From: Lama guanicoe
Lineage: Eukaryota
NCBI GenBank assembly: GCA_013239625.1
Contig: MU054662.1
Coordinates: 13,815,798-13,879,797, forward strand
Reading direction: 5' to 3'
DNA length: 64,000 nucleotides
Below the pieces are notes generated by a model that saw only the letters and a program-made list of their open reading frames with translations, had not been told where the DNA came from and did not search any database. Below are positions 35,841 through 49,803 of the stretch, one piece after another (position 1 is the first letter of the stretch; each line of letters starts with the position of its first letter). The position numbers and the translations under genes were made by a program.

Positions 35841-38800
35841 GGAACCCGCCCTTGGTCCAAGTGCAGCTCTGCACGCCCAGGGGCCTGGGGGAGGACTCTC
35901 CAGCTTCCTGGAGCCTCTCTTGCTCGTCCCCAAAGTGGGGAGTTGGCCTGACCCCCTCGCCGAGCTCTTCCACCCCCCGTACCCAAAGCTGTGTCCCGAA
36001 GCACCCTCACCCCAACTCCCACCGTCAGTCGCCAGCAAAGCTCTTGGAGCAAAACGGAGAATCACTGAAACCGTTAACAGGAGAGGTCAGTGTGCTGAGC
36101 CGGGTGGCCTTTTCCTGTTCGGAGAGTATTTCATGTCTTCATGTTCTTACACCGAGAAAAACCAGGTCTGTGCCAATCTGCATCAGCCGGCGAGGGAGGC
36201 GGGGGGGAGGAGGGACTCACAGGAAACCTGTGATCCCGGACTTTCAAATGGCAAACTCATTACATCCCTGAGTCCAGACAGGCTCGGGGATGGCACGTCC
36301 CGTCACAGGCCCGCCTGGCTGTCTCCAGCCCGCACGCGGACCATGTCATACCGATCACAGCAGGTCCTGGCAACAGACACTGAAAATGTCAGAAAGCAAA
36401 AGGCTGTGGGGAGAAGGTCACTGAGGGCTGGAGAAACGGCCTGTGCGATGAGCAGGGTGGAGACCATCAAAGGGAGGGGACAGGGACCGGGGGTCACAGC
36501 GGGGTCGGGGTCGGGCAGGAAGGCAGGCAGAACCCCGCTTACCCCCCGGCCATGAGAAAGGACCAGACACCACCTGAGAGGGGAGCGCGGTTTCACTTGA
36601 TTCCCACGGTTCAGTTCTGATGCTGGACTGAACCAGGTGTGAGGGTGGGGTGAGGGCACGTGGCCACCCCGCCCTGAAGCCAGGCCCTGAGCCCTGGGCA
36701 GACCCCACAGGCCACCAGGCGGCAGGTCCCCCGGCAGTCCTGCCCCCAGGGTGGTGATGTCCTCTCAAGCCAAGTTCTCCAGACACAGAGGAGACTGGCT
36801 CGGCCGCGGCCTGGGAGAAGCAGGAAGCCAGGATGGCCTGGGGCCAACCCCGGCATGGCCGGTGCAGAGACCCTCCCCACGCGGCGCTCACCCGGGCACG
36901 GCAGAGCCACGCGGGGCCTTCTGTCACATGGGACGCCCGGGCTCTGCCCAGGCCGGCTAAACCTCAGCCCGTGGAGCCAGCCCTGAGAGCCGCTGTTCTT
37001 GTTCGGTCTTGATTTTCCCATCCTCCCCGTGAGCCTCACAAACAGCCAGAGTCGGAACCTGCGCCCTGGACCAGCCGGCCAGCCCGCAGGGGCCTGACTG
37101 CACGGGACGGGGTTCAGGCCAGACTCGGGGTGAAGGGGTGCGTTTGCCGGTTTCGGCCCCTCGGCCCTTTCTCTTGGGATAAAAGGCAGGAGAGCAGCCT
37201 TCGGACACTGCGCACGTGGAGGGCTCGGCTGCGTGTTCCCCGCAGCTGGGCCGGCACAGGCCGGGCCCACCACCACCCCTGACCCCATCACAGACGAGTG
37301 GGAGGCGTGCCCGGCCGGCGAGGACACCCCGCAGCGACAGGTAAGAAACAGCGAGGACCAGAACCGCCCTGGACAGCGGCGTCTGCTTGTCGAGATGAGG
37401 GTGTGACGAGCGGAGGGCGAGGTTCACAGTTTGTTTCTGCGCCCGTTTGGACGATGGACCCTGATATACGAAATTTTCATGAGCGACCAGACACCTGACG
37501 GGTCCAAGCTTCTTCGTCCTTCGTGTTTTGGCGGCAGACTGACTCTAAGTGATGCCCCTCATTCCCACACTTACCAGCGAGTCCGTCTCAGGGGCAGGGG
37601 CAGGGCCGCTGCCCTCCAGGCACAGGTACAGAGGGAGCCTGAGTCGGGGAGGCGGGCTGCCGTCCCCCAGGCCTCGCAGTAGCCAACGCGCCAGCTGGAC
37701 AAGCGCTGACGCTCCTGTTTCCTCGTCCTCGGCCATTCAAGTTCTAGGGTCCACGGAAGCCTGCTGACAGCACTCTCCCCAAAATACAACGGCGGAGGAC
37801 TCGGGCTCTGCACAGGCTCTGGGCGCTGCCCCCCACTCACCCTCCGTGCTGCCCTGACCAGACCACCCAGGCCTGGGCCGGTGGGGGAGGCCCCGGCAAG
37901 ACGTGGCCGTGGCAACCCTCAGAGGCCCCCTTCCCAGGACTCCAGCTTCCAGAACCTTCCTACCCACCGGGGCAGCCTGCATGCAGTACCTCCACTCACA
38001 CCACGGGGACGGCCGCTCCTAGAACGGGGGCCTCGGGAAACCCGCCGCCTGCAGCTTCTCTGCGTTTCACTGCGGCGTCTACACGGCTTCCCCCCTCCGT
38101 CGTGTGGGAGCAGGTGGGCACCACAGGGGACACCCCAGAGGCCCAGAGCCTGCTCCACGGGGCACATGCGACTTGCCCTGGGTTCCCAGAACCCTCTGGT
38201 GGGCTCTGGAAGCGTTCCCACACTCAGGACTTGAGAGAGCCTGGTTTAAACTGCTATCGTGACCAAGGGGTGGTGTTTTCAGAATAAACAGCAGCTCAAG
38301 GTGCTCTCACTCTTGGGGACCCTTGAGTTTTAATAAATCTCAAACCCTCAAACGAGAGGTGTGTTTTCAGCCGTCAGCCTGCAAGGCTCCGGTGTTTGGA
38401 CGGTGAGGGTTTGGGGCAAGGGTGCGGCCCCCAGTTTAAAGATCGCGTCTCATAGGTGAGTCGACAGCACATCGGTCGTACCACACAGAGCCCCCGGGCA
38501 CAGAGCCCCAGGGCAGGGCCGTGCTCTGCCCTAACCAGCTGCGCCGCCCCCGGGACGCAAGTTTTAGGGATTTGTTGTTAATTCTTCCGTGTTCTTGTTT
38601 GTTCTGTAATCCTCTCTGACAGCACCTCTTCATCTACAGAATCGTGATAATACAAGACAGACGCTGTTTAGACAAGACAGACGCTGACGCGGAGCTGCTG
38701 ACAGTCACCGCCCCGGTGCAGTGGTCCACGACCCTCAGGGCTGAGCCTCGTGCCTCCCAGACCTCAGAGCCCCCCTCCTCCGTCCGTGTTCATCTACTGT

Positions 38801-41800
38801 CCCCATGTCTTCACCCGCCCGTGCCCCTGGTCCTCGGGGTGCTGCTGCCCTGGGCACCCTGGTGGGCACAGCCCCATCCTTCCCTGCAGTGCTGGCATCT
38901 ACCAACTTCCAAAGCGGCACCTGAAAGGCCCCACTGGGCTCTGCATTGCCTTCCCCCCCCACCTCTGCCCCAGGTGCCAGCCAGTCCCTCTCACCACGCT
39001 GCCTTCCTCTCCTTCTGGACTCATCTGGCAAAAGGTGAGATCACAGAGGCTGGAACTGCCCTGGGAGGTTTGTCCCCTGCTCTCCCAAGCCCCAGCCCTC
39101 CCCGCGGCCACATCTGAGCAGAGACTGAACCACGCTGATGAAACGCCCATCTCAGCATTTCACTCGCTGCTGCTCCTCTGAAATGTTCACAGGAAAATCA
39201 AGCTGGCTCTTTTGAAGGCGCCCCGCCCACACATACCCCCCAGAACCCCTCCCCGTGGCCTGAGGCCGGCCGTGAGGAGCCAGCTCGGCCTGGACGTGCA
39301 GCTCCCAGTCGGTGCAGGCACAGCGGCAACTTTCCCCCAGAGAACGGCCTCTGGTTCTGTCCACTGTTAAGCCTGTCCTGGGGGGCCACGTCCGCACGGC
39401 CGTCACTGAAGCAAAGCAGAAGCTATAAAAATACCGTCTATCCCAAACAAGCCTCAGAATCAAACAAAGCGCCGTGCTGGCTGGGCCGGGCCTGTGTTCT
39501 GACACAGACGGGCCCTTTCCATTTTAAAACCGACCATTAAACACCGGGACGCTTCGGCTCACAGAAGTCTAAATCAAAAGGGCGGGGAGAAAAGAGCCCT
39601 TTTCTCCAAGAGTAAAAATGCCGTTTGCAGCTCCCAGAAAAGCTCATTGCGAGGTGGGTAGATGTCGCTTTTTTTCCTGTTGTGGCTTCTCAGCTCCTTC
39701 CCAGCACCCAGAAAACCTCCTGGAGGTTCACAAGGGGCCCTCCCTCCCTCCAGGAGCCCCTGTCTTCACTCCACGTATGACATTGTGACGTGTGCTATGG
39801 TCCCTTCAATATTATTTTGTTGGTTTCCCAATAAATAAAAAAGGGACAGCTTGCCGCACGTGCAGGGAGGGGGACCATCAGCACAATCACGGTGGGACAG
39901 GGGGTGCCAGCAGCCCGGCGCCCAGCGCAGGGGCGAGAGGAAGCGGTCAAGACAGCCCCTGTTACTCGGACGGACATTTTCGGCCAAAGTCCCTGCAACG
40001 GGCCCCAAACGTGTCGTAGTAATCTGCATTCCAGATGCCCGTCCCCCTGCCTCACTGCATCCTCCAGAGGGACACGGTACGTGGGCTCCAGGGAGAGGGA
40101 GGTTCAGTGAACAAGCCACAGAGGGTCATAGCGGGACCTGGGTCCCACCCCTCACCTGCCACTGACCGCGTGCGCCTCCTCATCCCAGCTCTAGACCTCA
40201 GTCTGCAGCTAAAATCTGCACACCAGATGCTCTTCTCCAGGCTGCAGGCTGGGGGAGGGCATGACGTGGTACCTAGAGGGCAGAGGAGGGAGGAAGGATG
40301 GGCGCATGGGAGGTGGGCGGGGGACCACCTGCTCCATCACCACGTCTGAGCACGGGGACGGCGGCGAGCTAGCAGCAGCCGGGCCGCCAAGCCTGCATCA
40401 CCACGTCTGACAGAGACCCGGCGGCTTCCAGGTCTGGGGAGAGCTGGTGGACGCGGAAGGAAGGACCAGCAAACACGCAGGAACGACAGTCTCAACAAAC
40501 ACCCCAGGCTTCTCTCCTTCGCCCCCTTCTTTCAATCCCTGCTTCTTTCTCATCGTCCCAGAGACACGCCCTCTGCGACCCAGAGGAAGAAGGCAGCATC
40601 TCCTGTCATGTTTTTGTGTTTCAATCTACAAAACACGCTTGTGTTTTAGAATTTAAAGCCAGAAAGTGGATTATCTCAGACGCGGTGAGCCCTCGGGAGA
40701 GTGACCAGACGCCAGGCTGGCGGGGCCTGGTCCGGGGTATGCCTGATTGCTCGCCTCGAGATCTGGGGTCCTTCATGCAACGGGCAGCACAAACCAGCTC
40801 CTAACCAGTTCACGACCAGCAGTCAGGCTCTCCCCTCACATCGCACCCGCCGTGGAGACGCGAGGGAAGAGGTGACAGCGCAAACGGCCTGGCTCAGCGG
40901 CACCGCTGGCCAACTGCATCGCCTGAGTCAGCGGAACCTTCCGGTTCCAGTTTACCCCGAAGGAGAGGAGCTCAGGCTGAGCTGTGTCAGGGCAGTTCCC
41001 AAGTCCTCCGGGAGAGACCCGCCCGGCGACTCTGGTGGCACCCAGGCGCCCACCGAGCAGAGCCCCGCGGGACGTCTCCGCTGAGTCTGCTCTCGGTGGG
41101 CGCTTCCTCCTTACGCCCTCAAAGAAAATCCTCAGAAAGAGACAAAAAAAAAAACAACCCAAAAAACTCCAGATGGTTTATGAGCAAGAAAAATACTGGA
41201 ACAGGCCTTTCAGACTTCCCTCAGGAGCACAGCTGGGCCTCCTATGTGAGAGGAGGCGGGGAGACCTCAGGGAGCTGCTAACTGGGGAACGACCCGACTT
41301 CCTGGGAGGCTGTGGGTGGGGGAGCACAGCCGTCACTGTGGGTCCACGTGGGGCCCAGCTCCGGACGGACCACGCCGGGTCCGCATCCGTGACGACAGCG
41401 CGAGGCAGAGTCTGCAGAGGCAAACGGGCCGCAGGGAGCCCCCGCTCACGTCTGCCAGAGGCAGTCGCACCCACGGCCCAGAGCTTGTGACTGGGGCTGC
41501 CACCACGGTGCTGCACGGAGGAGGCGTCCAGCCAGTCCGACCTCTCTGCCCCTTCAGACCAAGCACCTTCCCCGCTGGCCCCTGCTCCCGCTGGGAGCTG
41601 GGAGGTGCCCCCAGGCAGGTGAATGAGACATCTTAAAGCATGTCCACATCTGGCAGAGGCCGTCACGGAACTGAGATGCAACGTGCCATGGCCGAGGAAC
41701 AGTCCCCCTGACCTTAACCCGGCATGAGGCCTGCGGACACCGCCCTGCTTAGGCAGGTGAATTCACGTGGACAAGACGTGTGTCAAGGGCAGAGGGGCTG

Positions 41801-44800
41801 ACTGCAAACGGGCAGTTCCAAATCCAGCTTCTTCCACTGGGGGGGGGGCCCTTTGACGAGGTCCTTGAACCAATAACCAATGAAAAAAGGACGTCCTAGC
41901 TAATGCTCAGCTTTAAAGATCCCGTTCATTGAACAAATGCCTCTTAAGAATCTGTACTTTTTTGGGGAAATACTAAAGTTTCTTTTACAGCAGCGGTAAA
42001 ACCGGGCATTCCAGGGAAGTCACAGAACATGGCGGTAGGCGTGCTTCCGTCAGAGGGAGGCTGTACCGTCTGACGTCCCAGACTTGGCGCAGACCTGACC
42101 TTGAGTCAATAGGGACACCAGATAGAATCTGAAAATAAGGTGCACGACGAACTCCTGTTCAAAAACCTACACTCTTGGGTCTGTGAGGAAATTAGAAATA
42201 AGCCAAAAAGACCCCCAGGTGCCTCTCATGGAAAACAGCACATCGCCTGCTGGGCTGCCCCGTTCCGGACTTCCCCTGCTTCTGAGTTCTTTCACGACTC
42301 TGTAAATCACGGGTAATTGGTGGCAATGCAAAGTAATTCTGTCTGCAGACAAGGAGGTGAGTTCCATCAGGTGCAGGTCTGTCAGACCCCTCCCCCGCCC
42401 CCCAACGTCGCGAGAAGGCCAGTTTCGTGTCCATTTGGAAACTGGTTTCAGTTCCCTTCGTCCCATGTGTGTCTGCACTTGCTTGACTTCTGCTTTGAAG
42501 CACACGCGCCATCGGCCGGTTTCCTTCTGAATGACGGCGAGTTCAATGAAACTGCTCGTTCTCTACCTGTGCGTGAACCATCATTTTACTGTTTTTGTCT
42601 TTTAACAAGTAGACAGGGATGCTCCACGAGTTTAGCCCAATAAAGGGAGTAACGGACGATCCTAGAACGTGAACCGGTGTCAGCGAACGGCGGAGACGCA
42701 GGGACATGAGGAAGAGTCTGCCTTCCCCTCAAGTCAGAGCGAGAGATTTCCCTCAGCCACACCTGCTCAGGTTCCCACCACTTCAGCGGGCCGAGGGGGT
42801 GTCCAGGGGAAATTCTCAAAATGCACTGCAGCTGCACCTGCCTTGTGTATAGATCGAGGTCGGGGGTTGCCTGTTTACAATACCGTCGTGGCCTCTCCTG
42901 GTGCAGACTCAGCCCTTGTCACCCAGCCCTCGTCTGACCCTCACGACCTGCGGAGAAGACCCTCCAGGCTCTAGGGCGGGACTCACAACCCACACGGCCC
43001 CTTGACGGTCCACTGAGGCGTCTGAGCCCAGCACTGACAGAACAGCCCTGCACTGACTCAGGGCAGCAGAAGCTACAGACACAGCAGCACGGAGCACCAT
43101 CGTCCCCGGGACCGCATCAGCCACGGCCCCCTGCACTTCTCCTCATGTTTTATGTGGCGTTTCGACCATATGCTCAAGCCTGCCAAAGGCCACCACCTGG
43201 GAATGCGGAACTGACTGATTTTTCTCAGACCGAGTCACGGCCCCAGCTGGTGCCCACACAAAATATACGTGAACCTGTGTTCTCCCAACAACAGGCAGAC
43301 GCTGTCTGTGGAGTCCTCAGCAGAACTACAGTTACCCTCATTCACTTAGATGCTTTATGAAGTCCATTTTCAGTGAGGAGAGCAACAGAATTCAGGAGCC
43401 CCGTACGCACAGAGGCGGCGCGCCCGCCTCTCGGCACCACCTCCCAGCAACTTCCCTGTTTGCCTCCCCGACACCGACCCAGCGCTCACAGCTCCTTCAG
43501 CACGAGCAGACGCAAGCCCAGAAGCAGTGAACGGCCATACCTCCGTGCGCCCCTTCACGCCGCGGGGACACCTGGGCGGGTGGCCAGTGACCGGCCAAAA
43601 ACTTCCTTCCTTGGGAACCGAGACTTGGGTCAGCCTCTGAGCTCTCTCTCGAAGATGCTCAAAACAATAATCAAACGTCACTTACCTAGGGGAAGACAAA
43701 AGGGAGGAGGGCGGAGAGAGAGGTTAGTGCTGACCGCGTCACACTGCCCCACGGAGACCACCTGTTTTAAGCAAAGGGGTGTTTCACGCAAGTCAAGTTC
43801 CCCACAAGCTCCGAGTCAAATTCAGGCGTTAAACATGAGCAGGTGGAGGTCAGTGGGGAGAAGGACACGCAGGCGCAGAGGCCGTGTGGTTCCTGTTGGT
43901 TTTCTTTTCCGACCAGCCAGGTGCATTTGGCGGCCAGAACACGGGCTCCGTACGTAACGAGAGCCTGGCGGGGGACCCGGCTCCGTGCCCGTGAGCGGGG
44001 GAGACGCACGCGGCCCCGCCGCCCGAGTGATCAAAGTGGTGCTGGCGCTGCGTGGCTCAGACGCTGGGAAGACTGAGCTAATAAAAAAGAGATGAGAGGC
44101 CTGTCGTCACAGATTATGTGGCATTTATTCCAAAATCTGTTCATTCTAGAAATTTGCAAGACAAATGGGCCATTAGCAAGGAGTGGCAGCCTCTTCCTCC
44201 TGGTAAGTGCAAAATGAGAAACCCAGTTTGTTTAGAGCATGGCCTGTGGTTTCTTCTTTCTTTCTTTTCTAACGTGCCTGGCTCTAAATCCTAGAGAAAT
44301 TCCTGAAAACATTTATTAGGAGGTTAGAAAAAACAAGTCACGTTCGTAGAGTTCTACACAGCTCACAGAGGCCTTCGTAGACCCGATCTCCCCAGATTCT
44401 CACGACGGCCACACTTTATTACTGTAGCGGGACGGGTGTTATTATCACCTCCTCCCCGCCCCCTCCTGCCCCCCGTGGGCCCCTCCCCTCTTCCCTCCTC
44501 CTTCCTCCAATTTTAGTGAGTAACCTAGGGCCCAGTTTAATTAGTCAGCTTGCCCCGCATCACACTTGCGGGCAATGACAGCTTCGGGACTTGAGCTCAG
44601 TTCTCCTGGCTTCCCACTGTTCACTCTGGATCGAGTCTCAGACGGAGCAGAGAGGCAGCGAGGAAGAAACGCAGAGAAGAGCAGGAGGAGGAGGAGGCAG
44701 AGGGAGGGATGAGCAAACTGGGGAAGAGGGAAGGAGACGGAGGAGTAAGAACGGCAGGAGAAGGGGAAGCCGAGCGCACGTCCCGCGGCAAGTTCTTCCT

Positions 44801-46900
44801 TAAACAGACGTGCACGTGTCCGCGTCAGACCCTGACGCTCAAGGTCTCCCCGGGACGAGTTGCCACTATTCCTTCCTCTACGGCTGTTGATCAAAGAGAA
44901 ATGTGATCGGAACCAGACCCCCTCCCCATGGCGGCCACTGTGGGCCCCTCTGCCCTAACATCTAAATATTGCTGGTCAAGGGGGTGACTGGGTCAGAGGA
45001 ATGTCACTCTACAGGGGAAAGGGAAGAAGACCTGTACGAGGAACTCTGCTGGTCACATGTAACGTCTCAGCCCTGGCGCTGGCGGGCGGTTAACTCCTGG
45101 CCTGCGCCCCGACCACGAAGCCGGCTGTGCTCTGCGGTGCCCGCTCCCCTGGCGGCATCCTGGCTTCCTTCCCGGGTACTTCCTTCCAGGGTCTGAAGCT
45201 CACCCGACGTCTGCGTCGCACTTCTGACAGACGCAGCCGTCATAAACGGCATAAAACAAGCTACACCCTGGAGGCTTGGGGAGCAGAGCCGCCCTGCTCC
45301 GCGCTGGTCTCCGCGCGTCTCAGGCCGCGGCTTCAGGCGGCGGGAAGGGAGGTCTCTGAGCCGCGTCAGCAGGAGGAAACACACGAGGCCTGGGGGAAGC
45401 AGCGTGGGGCCATCGTGTCTATGGCCTTTGAGCGGGAGGTAATTACCGCCTCATTCCACTGACGGCCCGGAATTCACCTCCTCCCCTTATGAGTGCCTGT
45501 TTGTCACCACCCCGCGCTGCCCGGCGCTGCCGGCCAGCCCCGTGCTGGCTGCTCCTGCCTGGGAGACGGCAAGGCTCCTAATGGTAACACTGCATGCAGC
45601 TTCGTTACGCAGAGCAGAGACACAGCTCTGCAGCCATCGTCAGAGGTCTGACTCGGAAGTAATCTGTTGTCGGGGCCCACGGAGCGGCTGCCCCGGCCCC
45701 CTCCGCTGTGCGGCGCTGACGGTCTGTCCTGCTCTGATGGACAGCCCTCGGGGTCGGGTCTGGGCGCCGGGGGCGGCGGAGCCACTTACGAACATCACTT
45801 TGATTATGAACAGGCAGACGCCTAATTTCTTCTCCTTAAGCTGCCTTTAATTACATCCACCAGAAGCCAACATCACGCACAGGCCGTCAGGATCAAGGGA
45901 GCCACCCCGTGCCTCCCAACAGCCTGAAGGCACAACGAGAGAAAATGGGTAGATTGTGAAAGTGGGTTAATACGAATTTCTCACTTCTTAGTGAGAAAAT
46001 TTACTTGAAATTGACAAAGGAGAATCACCACCTACGAACAGCTCCAGAAAGAACACACCGTGTACAGCTTCCAACACGGACACTTTCGGTACTTGCCCCC
46101 AAGCCAACGAGGGGTGAACCTAGGGCTGGCCCAGCTGGAGCCGAAGGCGTTGCAAACTCGTCCTTGGCAGGTGAGGACCTGACGAAAACCAGGTACCACC
46201 AGCGCGACTCCAATCCCCAACGATCCCCGACCGAGTCTCAGGGTCCCTGGGGCAGGTCTAAGGCTCTGCTCACTCGGGAAGTGCTCGGGGAGCCTCTCCC
46301 GCAGGTCACTCCCTGCGCTGATCGTCCTGGAGACACAGACAAACACCACCGTCCCTTCTTCAGAGCAGCCTGCCAAGCAAGCCAGAAGAGCAGAGGTGCA
46401 GAGACGCAGAGACGCAGACACCCTGCCAGTCAGGGTGGGTGGACCGGATGGGACGTGAAGCAAAGTTGCAGAAGTGATCAAAGGGAAACAGGAAAGATGA
46501 ACCATGGAAATGCCAAGGGGATGAACTGACGGAGCCTCCCTGTACCCCGCAGGGGAGTGTGGGGAGCTCGGCCTCAGGAGAGACCGACGTTCCGACGTCA
46601 GCCGGGCCCCACACGCATCCCGCTACTCCGCACGCACACTCTGCTTTCGAGGCAGTGGGCTCCTTTATGCCGCCTGGACATCCCGCTCGCCCCTCCCCAG
46701 ACCTCTGCTCAGGCCGTGTCTGTCTGCAGCGTATTCTCAGTTCTCCAAACTCCGTCTCTTCTTTAAGGGCAAGGCTGCCCCAGCCCCATCCTGCGGCCGG
46801 TACCCGCAGGAGGCACGGAGCCTGTGTACCTCCTGACGCGGCTCTAATCCCCGAGGGTGTACTTGTACCCCGAGTAACATCGTGAACACTAGAGGGCAGG

Positions 46901-47376
46901 GGTGGTGAGCAGACAGAACAGTGCCTTCTGGTCCTAATGCCTGGGGTTGTAAATACCACTTTACATTAAAAAATAAAGGTGGAGGGTCTTCGCAGATGAG
47001 ATTAAGTTAAAATTGAGCAATTAGCTTGGGTTATCCTGGGGGCCCTACCTGCCCTCACCGGTTTCCTTTACACAAGGAAGGCAGAGGGAGCTTTCCTAAA
47101 AGATGGAAAGGAGGAAGGTCTGTGACCAGACGCAGAGACCGGAGCGGAGCAGTCCCAGGCCCGGGGGCGCCGGTGGTCACCAGAAGCTGGACGGCCAGGC
47201 AGGAAACAGACCCTCCGCGGCTGTCCCTGGAGAGCAGTCCTGCCAACCCGCAGACCTCGGCCCAGCATTGCTGACGGTGGGCCTCCCGCCTCTGGAGTGG
47301 GAGACAAGACGTTCCTCTTGTTTCAAGCCACCAGGTTGATGGCAGTCAGTTACAGCTGGCGTGAGAAACTAACACA
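46901..47376 (+). mobile_element. MLT1 (MLT1D/E-like) solo LTR
   Basis: TCTTCGCAGATGAGATTAAGTTAA, GGGTTATCCTGGG, CCAGAAGCTGGA, CCTGCCAAC; ends TTGTTTCAAGCCACCAGG..GTTACAGC..GAAACTAACACA. Confidence 0.8.
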
Positions 47377-47850
47377 GTGTGTGGGGTGACCGTCCGCCCA
47401 GAGCGTCCCTGGGAAGTCCCCGCCTACGCCCCTCGTCCCGGCAGGACTGCGGCAGCTCCTTTCACTCCCTCAGCGTCTAGGTTGGCCGCGAGTCACGTGG
47501 TCGCTAGACATGGGTGGTACTAAGTCTCTGTTGCTTTGTCCTCAGTACAGGTAGCGCAAGGCCATGCTTACCGCAGGCAAGCAGCAGAGTATCCGAGGTG
47601 AAGAGGAGAAATTCTCCGTCATATTAGAAATACTGTGCTGACAATCTTCTGTCCAAATTTTGGAAATAAGGAGCTGCCCTGTTTGGCTAAGCAGAGAACA
47701 TGCCCAGAGATGCCTGTCGCTGAAAGATGAGGTTTCTCCAACTGGCTTCACCCAAAAAATGCTGATCTGGGGTTGGTCTTGAAGTGAATAAAAGTCTTAA
47801 TCCTAGCCCGGATTTCCAATATCAGTAACACTGAGAACCTCTGGTAGGTA

Positions 47851-48495
47851 TGGTTAGTGCAGGCAGACAGCCAGGTGCGAGCAGAGAACCGGGGACGCAG
47901 GACACACGGCAGAAACGGGGCAGGAAGGAGGGGCCCCGGCCACATGCAGGAAACCCTGCATCATGTGAGCGCCAGGGGTCCCTGGGCAGAGAAAGAAAAG
48001 CCAGAACCTCTGGGCTGATAGGAAATCACACAGTTTGGGGTGACAAGTGCCCTGGAGGCCGACAAAGAAAGGTGGGAAAAGGCAGGAATCTCCAGTGTCT
48101 GACTGTAACCTCGTGCTCATTCTGCCCTCATTTCAATAAAATCAGCCTCGCAGAGTAGAAGTACCCATGATGCTCCGACGCTGTGACACTTCCGATCCAG
48201 ACTAAGTAAGGACAGAAATCCCTCCTCCCCCCGGGAAGGGGAACCTGGGAGGAAAATCAGGGGATGCGACCCCAGGCCCTTCCCTCCCCAGTGACTGTTC
48301 CGCCCACTCATTTCTACACCCTGTGTAACCACTGTGCCAGAGAGACTCAGGGCAGCCGCTCACCTGAGCCTGCCCGCTCTCCCCTTGAGAGTGTGCCGTC
48401 CAGCCCTTAACAAATCCCCACTTCACTTTCCTAACCCCCACGTCCCGTCTCTGAAGTCTTTCTGTGGCAGGACAAGAGCCTGGTCCCCGGCAACA
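47851..48495 (+). mobile_element. Solo LTR, probably ERV1 class (family not identified)
   Basis: About 645 bp, TG..CA. The 3' part CTCTCCCCTTGAGAGTGTG..TTAACAAA (decayed AATAAA)..CTGAAGTCTTTCTGTGGCAGGACAAGAGCC..GGCAACA is a typical ERV1 R/U5 end. GTATG at the left edge and GCATG after the right edge may be a TSD. Confidence 0.7.
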
Positions 48496-49711
48496 GCATG
48501 AGGGGCACGTTCCACGTGTTTAGGTAAAGGTGGCTTTAAGCCCCTCTTGGTGTCGCTTCAGAGGAAACGTCCACCTGACCTTACGTGATGAGACTGGAGG
48601 AGGGCTGGCGGCCTCTGCTCATGACGTGACACACAGCTTAGTCCCCTGGACTCCTCGAGAGGAAGCAGCTCCTTGTTTGTGCAAGTTCATGGGAGGGGCT
48701 GGTGGGAAAACAATTCGTCTGGATGCTGAGTGTAAATGAAACAGCAGGAGGCTATGCTTTTAAAAACAAAACTCAATCATCCGGCCAACAATACCCGCAG
48801 GGTCTGCAGCCGGGGCCACGAGATCAAGCAGCGAACACGCGTGAACGTGAGTCCCTCCGCACCAGGCGCTGGAGAAAGACAGAAGATCCCTTCCACGCAC
48901 AGAATTCCACGGGGACATGGAAGGCCGGGAAAGACGTGACGGCCTCAGCCAACCAGAGGACAAAGCAAGGCTCTACTTCTCTAAAGCGTACGATACTGAC
49001 TACAGAAACATGAGGAGAAGGGACAGTCCATTGCGAGCTAAGATCATGGCTAACTGCTCCATCAACGTGTGGTTTGAGCTGGAGTTTGAACACAGTGACG
49101 GATCCGCATCGCCGCTTAGAGGGCCAGGATGGAGGGTGCACAGGCCCGACCCAGGGGAACAGGACGCCACCGGAACGCCCACGGGCCGGGCGGAAGGGCC
49201 GGCAGGGCCACCTCTGTCTTGCCCCATAACTGCCAACCCTGGGTTAGAGGGTGTGTTGTCAGATTTCTGAAATCCCGTGGAACTTAAAACTCCCCACTCT
49301 CACTATTCCTTGGTCTAATATGAAGATTTCAACTTATCCTCTGAAACGAAATTCTTATGAGCTGAGCTGACTCGATGAAATTCTCACAAGTTAAAGGGAT
49401 GTGCGTTTACACACACTGGGATGGAGCAATGGAAATTCATTCAAATAAAGTTAATTAGGAAAGATCACCCAGAGCCCTTCCTTTCCTCCATTACTGCTGA
49501 ACTATAAGCAACTCAGGAAGGATTAGATAATTTGTGAGCACACTGGAGTCGCCAGCCCCTCCACTGAACAACATTCCTCATGAAAGCAGCGTGCTTGGAT
49601 ACTGGTTACCGTTCAAGGTACCTGAACATCGGATGGTCTGGTCTCATCTTGGTTATGAAGCATTCACCAGTAAGCAAACATTTGGAAGAAAGCAAAAAAT
49701 ACACATGTATA

Positions 49712-49712
49712 C

Positions 49713-49743
<31 letters not shown>

Positions 49744-49803
49744 ATATATACATACAACATAAAAATTATAGATAGATAGACAGATAGATGAGAGAGAGAG
49801 AGA
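49712..49803. repeat. Compound microsatellite (GT)n(AT)n..(GATA)n(GA)n; duplicated at ~51911-52002
   Basis: Seen directly; repeat lengths look identical in the two copies. Confidence 0.92.

Noticed and set aside
45977-45998. Hairpin TTTCTCACT-TCTT-AGTGAGAAA; also GTAGAGT-CATC-ACTCTAC (~11956) and palindrome GGTAATTACC (45438-45447)
   Set aside because: Stems of 5-9 bp are expected by chance at this window size and are too short for a pre-miRNA.
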